The position numbers were made by a program, and so were the translations under genes. A DNA stretch of 62,153 bases from positions 1 to 62,153 of IMG/VR virus record IMGVR_UViG_3300025141_000088; one strand, written 5' to 3'. Below are positions 53,634 through 62,153 of the stretch, in pieces; the stretch's first letter is position 1; each line of letters begins with the position of its first letter. This DNA comes from a virus. Its lineage: Duplodnaviria; Caudoviricetes. Below the pieces are notes generated by a model. That model was not told the origin of the DNA. It worked only from the letters and a program-made list of their open reading frames with translations, and searched no databases.

Positions 53634-53991
53634 ATTGAAGGTCTGCCGTTTAGCAGTTTAACGCGGTGGTGCCTAACATATAATATTTTATGTAAAGACG
53701 TTCATATTTATTATATAATATGTGCCGTCTGTAGTGCCTATTTAATATATAATAAATGGTGATGGTGTATTAAATAGCCTGTTTTATATATTAATGCAAG
53801 GGGCATAGTGTATTTAAGGGGGCTTTGGTGGTATCTAGTGGATCAAGGTGGTTAGCCCTAGCACGTTGGTGCTAACTAGATCCCATCGCTAAAAAGTGAT
53901 CTCTATTTCTCCTTATTAAACGCCCACTTGCAACACTGCGACATGCCGCTACACCTGCCTAACCCCCCGTACTTGCTAACCTTTCTACCCC

Positions 53992-54144
53992 TTGCACTGC
54001 GCCAATCCGATGCAGATCCGCCATCCCTACCATTTAGCCGATCCGCATAAGTCCAGCAAACCCGCATAACTCCAGCAATCCTACGCAAGTACCACATATC
54101 GATTAATCCCCTGCGTTTTCGAGGAGTTAGGGATAAAACGACAT
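53992..54144. repeat. non-coding repeat/dyad module copy B
   Basis: Aligns to 44192-44325; 19-nt-spaced CCGCATAAGTCCAGCAAAC-type repeats; dyad ATATCGATTAATCCC-N19-GGGATAAAACGACAT. Confidence 0.7.
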
Positions 54145-54161
54145 AAACACAGGCAAAGGGC

Positions 54162-54189
54162 TTGACTTCTCTATCCAGTGTGTTATAAT
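54162..54189 (+). promoter_or_regulatory. sigma70 promoter heading second early array
   Basis: TTGACT-16-TATAAT with TG. Confidence 0.75.
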
Positions 54190-54224
54190 GGGGACACACA
54201 GAACGAACCCAAAAGGAAGTAAGC

Positions 54225-56770
54225 ATGCAAAAAACATATTTAAACATCCCCAACACAGGCACAAATCAAAACATGGTACGTCAAGCCGTATCTCAATTCA
54301 TGGTTGAACAAGTTTTAACCAAAGATGAGATAATGGAGCTTGCCATGTCGCACCTTGAAGAAACCTATGAGGCAGCAGGGCATAGCATTGGCGACCTTGC
54401 CAAAATGGTTAAGCAAACCAACATCCCAAGCCAAATTAACTTTGACGGCACAGAGGGTCCATCACAGCCTAATCACATGCTTTGTCATGGCTCTATTCCA
54501 GGCTACAACGGCGATGGTCCACAATACTATTTTTTCACTAAAGAACAAGATTACGAATACTCCGCAATGGAAGTAAAGGAAGAGGTGCAATAATATGCAA
54601 TTAAGTAAAGACGAAGTAACGAACGAAGCACAATCCGCCATCATGACGGTATTCGCAGAGCATTTCAAAGATATGCTCGCAGAAGATAGCGGCAATCACA
54701 TCTATACAACCAAGGCAGACAAGCTAATATGCAACAGTGTTGTTAATGCTGATGATGATGCAGGTGAATGGAGCCGTGAAGCTATGGTTATCATCTATCA
54801 TGTCAATGGTATGCCTTCCATCAACCGCATTGAAGAGTGGGGTAAGGTGTCTGACATCCTTGATGACTATTATGTAGAAGCAATCAACCCTGAAGTATCA
54901 GCAATCTATTCTTTATAGGAGCCTCGAATGAAATTAGAACCATTAGGTAAGAACCAAACTCGCGTAATCACTCAACTCAAGGATGCAAAGGAGAATTTCA
55001 CTTGGGATAAAGACATCTACTTCTCTTATGGGGTGCCTGTGCTTATCATTAACTATCGTGATGCAGAAATCCACGAAACCGCAGAGAAGTATTCTTCAAC
55101 CACTAGCAAGCACCTCAATTCATTCAAGCGGATGAGTAACCGCTATGATGATCGTGGTGGCCCTATCGATACTGCTGTGTTGCATGGGCGTGAATGGCAA
55201 GTCTTCCTAGCACCTGAGTCTCGAATGCATACCGTTGCGGGGCAATGCTAATGAATTATTCAAAAGATAAGGAAACCACAATGACTGATAAACCCGACCT
55301 ATACTTGGCCGTAGACAACACCTGGGCTCGCTATGAGGTCCGTTCTATTAACGCGCATGGCCAGACCATCCTATCCTGTCACATGACCTTGGACGAAGCG
55401 CAGGAGCATGCTAAGGTCCATGCTGCAAGCGGTTCGGTGGTGGTTGTCTACGATGCAGAACTGGAAGAACCAATCGGTGGCGTACATCGCAGGGGAGAAT
55501 AAAATAATGATTGAAGACTACATTAACTTAATAACAGCATGGGCAAAGACTCGCGGGTATAGCGTGTTCGGCAAATGGGATGAAGATGCATTCTACGACA
55601 AAGACAAAGAAATTGTATATAGTCTCAGGACTAAAGAGAAGAAGTATCAAATGTATTCTCTGCTCCACGAGTGTGGGCATGCGCTTGCATTCGAGAGCAA
55701 AAGCTACAAGAACCGTTTTCCTACCATGTCTAAGCGAAGGTTCAAGACTGCAAAGGTCAATTCAAGAACGAATACCTTTAAGGTTGAACAAATCGTTGAA
55801 GAACACGATGCATGGCAACGAGGGCTCAAGCTCGCATGCAGACTCGGTATTGAAATAGATAAAGAAAACTACAACAAGTATGCATCACGTTATGTGATGT
55901 CTTATATTCGAAAGGCAAAGTAATATGTTTAAACACTGGAACAAGAAACTCTTGGCAGCTCACCTCGCAGACGTCGCATGCTGGTTCACCCTCGGCATCA
56001 TCATCGGCTCATACTGTTTATAAAGGATAACATCATGCGTAAATTCACACAATCAATCTTGGGTAAAGGCGTTACATTCACAAAGCTCTGCAAGGTGCGG
56101 GATGCTCGTGGCCGTGTCGACTATGCTCGCAAAGACATCGACGGCATCGTCACAGAGAACGATGGCTATCTATGCACCGTTCGCGGATGGGACGGAACCA
56201 TGCACACCAACGTGGAAACAACTGAACTGGTAACATGGGCAGAGGCAGACGAGCCAACCCAAGACATGCCATGCTTAGACTAATCCTCATGGGGCTGTTC
56301 ATCATTCTGGTGGCTGCTCACGAACGGCTTGAACGCAAGCATGAGCTTATGCTCGAGTGCTATGTAGAATCAAGCTATTCGTTAACAGAGTGCATCGCAC
56401 TCGTAACACTAACCAACACCCACATCCGCTAAGACAACTTCGCGGGAACATAAAAATAAAAAGGTAAAAACAAATGAACACAACAGTAGCAAAGATATTA
56501 GTAGATAACAATAACATCCTATGGAACATGGAGTATGATGAGATGGATAACTCAGTAACTATAGTAAGTGATAGAGCAACCCACGGAGGCTATGCAGTCC
56601 TTAGCCAGTATAGCATGGACAATGCATTGGGTCATGACGTCCCTATGTCTATACAGTATAGCGCAGAGGATATGATAGCGCAAGACAATGACGACCTGCT
56701 CTCGCTCGACGCCATCATTGAAACCTACACAGAAGAAGAGTGTAATGAATCTAAGCAGTACTACGCTTAG
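54225..56770 (+). other. second array of small early-type genes
   Basis: Coupled short ORFs. Confidence 0.65.
55507..55923 (+). CDS. HExxH metallopeptidase-like protein (paralog of 30377)
   Basis: YSLLHECGHA...EEHDAWQRG. Confidence 0.6.
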   Translation: MIEDYINLITAWAKTRGYSVFGKWDEDAFYDKDKEIVYSLRTKEKKYQMYSLLHECGHALAFESKSYKNRFPTMSKRRFKTAKVNSRTNTFKVEQIVEEHDAWQRGLKLACRLGIEIDKENYNKYASRYVMSYIRKAK

Positions 56771-56956
56771 GCCGAGCGTGAGCGAGGCTACGCTTAAAGC
56801 ACAGTCCATTGCAGAACCGTTGAAGGGGTAATGGGGGGGACACCCCCCTCCCCCCCTAGCCGGAATCTGGGTGTCTACTGGGAGGGTGGTTTTCAACCTA
56901 AGTACATTCACGCGCTACACCCCCAAAAAAATAGCCAGAGAAAAAAAGGATAGATT

Positions 56957-59814
56957 ATGAAAATTGGTGATTTAGTTGAAAGAAGAATGGACAATACAAT
57001 ATGGTTGGTGCTAGACATCTACTTCAAGCACTCGCTTCTAGTGAGTGCCAAAACAGGCAGACGACGTTGGGAACACAAAGACGCTTGGAGGAACTATGAA
57101 ACAAGGTGATTTGGTAAAGGAGACAAGATAATGAAACTAGAAGTAGCAGGTGATATATTCGCAGGACTCATCGCAGCATCGGTGTTCTTGTTTTCGGCAT
57201 TGATGCTTAAACCAGCAGAGAAGAAAGAAGATAAGAGTGAAGACTAATTATATACATGAAGATAGGGAAACTAACTCTCGGGATTATATTGGTAGCATTG
57301 GTAGCAAAAGTGCTTGCAGAGAAGTTTGCCCTATTCATGGAATGTAACACACAGTCGGCACACACAATATCAGAATGTGTTATCATTGGTGTGCTTTACT
57401 AAAAACCCACAGGTGAAAATTATGAAAAGAACAATTCAATTTATTGGAGTTGGTATTGTGTTTGCAGCACTAACCATAGAGACTATTAAAGATAAAATAA
57501 AAGGAGAATCAAAACGATGAGCGTAGAAGAGATATTGATTTTGTGGATTACAATGAGCACAGTTTTAGGATTGTTGCTGTTCGTTGAAGGAACAAAAAAG
57601 AAATGAAGACTTTTGTAGGGTTTATAATCAGTTCAATAGTCGTGTTTGCAATGGGATGCATGTTGTTTAAAAACTTCGTGCTTATGTGTTATAATATAGG
57701 AAAGAAAAGTGATGAGCAAGAATGACGACAAAATAAAGGGTTATACACTCAAGCCATTCTACATCTTAGAGATTGGTGATTTGGTTCAAGTCAAAGAGTG
57801 GGACTTGTATTATCCGGGCCAGTTAGGAATCGTCATTGGAAAGAAGGGCACTTACGGTGTCGCTTGTGACGTCATGTTATCATCGGGTGAGAAAAAGACC
57901 ATGATGAATTTTGTTTTGGAGAGAGTTGATGGAGAAAAATAACAAACGGCCTGCACGAAAATCGCAGGAAAAAAAACGGCGCTTTAACGTTGGTGACTTA
58001 ATCAAGATTAGGCCCAATGCGCATTTTATTGAAGATGAGTTCATGGGCGCACACGGCTTAATTGTGGCGTTCAACAAGACGGGCTACCCTAAAGGCTTCA
58101 GTGGTCGCGAAAACGACGGCACAATGTATACAGTGGCCGCACAGGGCAGGAATATTAAACTATTTGAAGATGAAATGGAGAAGATCAGATGATTGAAGTT
58201 GGGAATGTTGTCGAAGTATGCTTGAACACGAAGGCTTCCGTCTTCTTGGGCATAGTCTTAGACACAAACAGTAACATGGATTGGAAAAATCATATGTGGT
58301 ATAAGGTGCAGCCACTATCCAAGAAGGATATGCCGGGAATTTTTTGGTTTAAAGAGAACAAAGTTGAGAAAATTGCCAATACACCGAGCTTCTTGTCGAT
58401 AGACGGAGGCAAATGTGACGACTAAATATCCAGCAAGGTACGATTTCGGTGCCAAGCCCGTAACATTTGGTTATAATACGACGTTTGGACCGGGCGGCTA
58501 CACTGTTTATCGGGTATTGACCGACTCGGCAGGTGATATTTACAATTCAAGCATCGCAGATTTCGCGCATCGAACACATGCAGAGCTGTTTTTGCGAGCT
58601 TTGAGGGAAAATAATGAGCAAAAAACCAAGACTACCAAGAAATCCGCTAGTCCCAAAGCTAAATGATCACAAGAATCAAGTTTTCAAGGACAAGAAAAAA
58701 GAAAAAAGCAAAAACATTTGCAGGGAGAAGGTAAAAAATGATTAAATTACATAGTGACGTAGAAGAGCAATTATTTTATTACGAAAGAGACAATGATATT
58801 TACAAACTTATGCGCTGCATGGGCGAAGATGACAAAGATTTCTTCGTTGTTAGAGATAGAGAAGACAATCCTTTGCTAATGTGCTTGGAAAAAGAACCAG
58901 CAATGAACTTTTTCTTCTATAAGTGCAAACTTGCAGAGGCTAAAGACGCTCCAGACACATAATTATAAGCACCAAAGGTGTTTGTATGTCCGATAATAGA
59001 AAAGCAATATTTAAGAAAGGTGATTTAGTTAATGTTCTTAGCAATTATAGAGAGATAATAGTTGCGTCAGGCCTATACATGGGATTAGACATTAACGAAA
59101 TGTATGTAAAAGTTTTGACTGAGAATGGAAAATTAAGGGAATTTGATTTAACCTTCTACTACTTAGAGAGACTTTAAGTTTGGCGGGTGATAATTCAATG
59201 ATATGTTATGTAGATAAGAAGGTGTTTGAACACCAAGAGGAGTGGTATGAGCAAAGCGTTCATATATACCAAACACTACCAAAGAACGATGAATGGTTTG
59301 GAGACTATACCGTTACACAGACTCACGATAGTTTGAGGTTTCAGGGAAAATACCATGTGTCTGAATATACCGAGCGACCTGATGATGTTGTTGACTTTAC
59401 TATTATATTTTCAAAAGACCCCGAAAAGCATTTCGCTTTACAGTTCAATGGTTCCAAGTCTCAACGTCTCGCTCGAAAATTTCACTTAAGAGGGTATCTG
59501 GAAAATGAAATAATAGAGAGCCTATATAATCTAGGCGGTTTTCCGGATTTTGTATATTCCCTAACCCTTGGGGATTTAATGTAGAAAGGAGTTTACTTAT
59601 GGTAAAGCTCGAGAAAGGCGAATTAATTTCGTATAAGAAAAGTTCTAATTTTAAGAAGCGTCTTGGTATCGTTGTGTCCGAGCCGTATATGTCTAAGTCT
59701 GGCTGGAAGGTCAAGACCTATTGCGATGGCAATGTTTATAGTAACACGATAGAGAGTATCGGAAGGGTAGGCGATGATGTTGAAGTTATTAAGCCGAACA
59801 TTTCGGGATATTAA
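56957..59814 (+). other. cluster of small ORFs dominated by GDLV-family barrels and short membrane peptides
   Basis: 56957 MKIGDLV, 57709 IGDLV, 57929 VGDLI, 58189 VGNVV, 58986 KGDLV, 59599 KGELI. Confidence 0.65.
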
Positions 59815-60385
59815 AAGATTCTTTATAAAGATGACCATTCACTTTATTCCCCTCGTTAAACTGTGGTATGGAATTACCATGAGAGTAACTAAATTGAGTT
59901 CTACGCGGGTGAGTAAATTTGATTCTTTGGACGATATTGCAAGTTCCTATGGAAGAGGCGCGAGATATAAACGTGACCCGTTAAACGGCTTGCTAGACAA
60001 TTTAACGCATCCAAGCCGATTGGCATTCAACGCAGCTAACGAGCTGCCGTTTGGTGATTGTGATGATCACGCTATCTATTGGTGTGTGGCCCTGCTCAAG
60101 AGCGGGTTCGCAAGTCGTGCGTGGTTCTGCATTTATCAAATGGAAAAAGAGGATGGCTGTTTTAGTGGTCATGCAATCTGCGTGTATCAAGCAGTGGACA
60201 GCGATATGTATTATTGGACTGACTATGGCTCTGTCTTATTCTTGGATGAGTATCGAGATAAGTGGATTTACCGTTCTGCAGAGGTCTACGGTGCTACACC
60301 TCTATGCGGTTCTATGATAGAGGTTGTTGATGTCAAGGAAGATGATACACCTGTGTTTGGTGAAATCACCGTTTTAAAGCTATAG
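59774..60385 (+). CDS. transglutaminase-like cysteine protease fold protein
   Basis: GDCDDHA...GHAICVY...WTD Cys-His-Asp triad. Confidence 0.65.
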   Translation: MMLKLLSRTFRDIKRFFIKMTIHFIPLVKLWYGITMRVTKLSSTRVSKFDSLDDIASSYGRGARYKRDPLNGLLDNLTHPSRLAFNAANELPFGDCDDHAIYWCVALLKSGFASRAWFCIYQMEKEDGCFSGHAICVYQAVDSDMYYWTDYGSVLFLDEYRDKWIYRSAEVYGATPLCGSMIEVVDVKEDDTPVFGEITVLKL

Positions 60386-60473
60386 GGCCCAATAAAAAAT
60401 TTACGGACGAATCCTGCGAGCTTTGCGAGTTATAAAAAATTTCCCGTTTTGCATGCGCGGGATAGTTATATTC

Positions 60474-60689
60474 ATGCACCAACCCATCGAAACAAATAAA
60501 AATTTCTCGCTCGGCGATATTGTTGAACTCGACAATGGCATGCCTGAGTTCGAAGATCTTATTGGGGTTGGCGTTATCATCTCTGTTGATGGGGAAGACA
60601 TCGAAGTCCACTGGCATAGTGACGTCTGGCTACAAGGTAGAACACAAAAAATGAAGGCATGCGAAATAAGACACGCTAATCTTCTTTAG
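60474..60689 (+). CDS. GDLV-family SH3/KOW-like protein
   Basis: FSLGDIVEL...GVGVII...IEVHW. Confidence 0.55.
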   Translation: MHQPIETNKNFSLGDIVELDNGMPEFEDLIGVGVIISVDGEDIEVHWHSDVWLQGRTQKMKACEIRHANLL

Positions 60690-60707
60690 AGCCTACTATT
60701 TACCTTT

Positions 60708-62153
60708 ATGGCAAAGAAGACCCGAATACCCGAACTCGTTGTTGGTAAGATTTATATTGACGATGGTCGAGGCAATAATGTATATACCCTTGACGTAGAC
60801 AACAATAACGGCGGTGCTCTTCGCATTGGAGATAACAAGAATGGCTCCGTTGCAACAATCAACCAAAACACTGGTGAGATTTCTGCCACAAAGATTCGCG
60901 GTAGTTCCTTGCATGGTGATGGTTCTGAAATTGAAGGACTGACACAGCAGGAGTTACAAGAGATAGAGAGTGCCAAGCTCGTTACTATATCTTCTGATAG
61001 GTTGTTCTTTGTTTTTAAAGAGAACGGTCTTCCTTACAATTCCGGAGAGAAAGCTACAATAACTGCAAACGTACAGAACATTGACGATCCGATTGTGTGG
61101 TCAGCCGCTGATGGATTTACAGCGTATACGACAGTAGGCAATGAGCTTGAGATTCAAGCCAGTGCATTGAATAGTTTGAACTCTGTAACGATAACAGCAA
61201 CTGCAGGAAATCTATCTGATAGTACAACGATTGGTAAAGTAACCAATGGTGCTACAGGTAAGAGTGCTGTTACGATACTGATGCCTAACGACACTGTTAA
61301 TTTTCAATCTTCTGCCGATGGGAGTCTAGTTGACCTGAGTGCAGGTAAATCAGACATTGTTGTTTTATATGGTTCCGATCAGTTGGTTCCCACAACAGAG
61401 GCACCAGCGAACGGAGAGTTCAGAGTAACTGTTGCACCCGGCGCAGGCGACGAGAACATAACCGTCGGTAGTATTGAGAACAAATCGTTTAAAGTTACTG
61501 TTGGCGACACAACCAATCACTCAAGCATGGTTGCCGACAGCGCATCCATTACTTATACCATAGAAGTTAAAACCACCGACGGTGATGCACACACGTTTGA
61601 GAAGGTGCAAACCTTTACTAAATCAAAAGATGGTTGGGATGGCTCAGCTGGTAAGACACTAAAGCTTACCGCAGACGATTACCAAGTAGCATACAACCAG
61701 ATGGGCGAATCGCCAGACCCGCAAGTCATAAACGTCACCGCAACACCTGGCGGTACAAGCGAAACCCTAGAATACAAATTCTATAAAAACAACGTAGCTG
61801 TAACTGGATGGCAGACCAGCAACACGCACCAGTTTACACCTTCCACGTCACATGACACGTTTGGTAAGATGACTATCAAGGTCGAAGCAACAACGAATTC
61901 AACTGAAGATCCTGCGGAGATATACGCTCATGATAGCATATCTGTTATCGGAACAAAAGAAGGAGAGAATGTTGTAAGAATCAGTGCTGACAATCCTTCT
62001 CACTCTTTTACTGTCGACGCTGACGGCACTATCTCTGCAGAAGACTATGACGTTGGCGCAATAAACTTTAATTTATATTTTGGAAATACTGAACTCTCTC
62101 CGAACGTAAGTGCAGTGTTTGATCCGGAAGACAGCGAAGAAGAACTTCTTGAC
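60708..62153 (+). CDS. 3'-truncated tail fibre / virion structural protein (absent from ORF track because no stop in window)
   Basis: Starts MAKKTRIPELVVGK; open to window end; Thr/Ser/Gly-rich beta modules linked by K..NGATGK / KDGWDGSAGK junctions typical of fibre proteins. Confidence 0.6.
   Translation, partial: MAKKTRIPELVVGKIYIDDGRGNNVYTLDVDNNNGGALRIGDNKNGSVATINQNTGEISATKIRGSSLHGDGSEIEGLTQQELQEIESAKLVTISSDRLFFVFKENGLPYNSGEKATITANVQNIDDPIVWSAADGFTAYTTVGNELEIQASALNSLNSVTITATAGNLSDSTTIGKVTNGATGKSAVTILMPNDTVNFQSSADGSLVDLSAGKSDIVVLYGSDQLVPTTEAPANGEFRVTVAPGAGDENITVGSIENKSFKVTVGDTTNHSSMVADSASITYTIEVKTTDGDAHTFEKVQTFTKSKDGWDGSAGKTLKLTADDYQVAYNQMGESPDPQVINVTATPGGTSETLEYKFYKNNVAVTGWQTSNTHQFTPSTSHDTFGKMTIKVEATTNSTEDPAEIYAHDSISVIGTKEGENVVRISADNPSHSFTVDADGTISAEDYDVGAINFNLYFGNTELSPNVSAVFDPEDSEEELLD

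Noticed and set aside
44238-54100. CRISPR array from the ~19-nt repeats in modules A and B
   Set aside because: Repeats are degenerate, abut each other without unique spacers, number only three per locus, and no cas genes are present.

Overview
A 62-kb segment of a large (jumbo-type) dsDNA bacteriophage genome. Essentially all real genes are on the + strand in the standard genetic code. 1-21.5 kb holds the end of a structural gene and a replication/nucleotide module: a short family-A polymerase, a degenerate tubulin/FtsZ-fold protein, gp32-like SSB, tRNA-Gly, RecA/UvsX, 5'-3' exonuclease, DnaB-like helicase, class II RNR, a DOT1-family methyltransferase, GroES, DnaE, dUTPase and a Dam-type MTase. 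22-44 kb is a mixed region: IMPDH/GMPR, stand-alone sigma region-4 protein, acidic head-type protein, amidase, GroEL, a myxobacterial-type Cys-repeat/vWA lipoprotein, SLT, a type II R-M pair, tRNA-Thr and tRNA-Ala with an anticodon-less tRNA-like element between them, and a MoxR-AAA/vWA-peptidase pair. 44-60.7 kb holds arrays of small early-type genes with a large expansion of 'GDLV' SH3/KOW/Tudor-like barrels. A tail-fibre-like gene runs off the right end. Two promoter classes are visible: near-consensus sigma70 promoters, and a -10-only TAnTTA motif that often sits exactly 5 nt before an SD-less ATG. The most notable unexplained features are a duplicated ~140-bp non-coding repeat/dyad module ahead of both early-gene promoters, the DOT1-like writer alongside many Tudor/SH3-like barrels, the tRNA mimic and a candidate genome-terminus/pac region. 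All calls come from motif recognition by eye; no searches were run.
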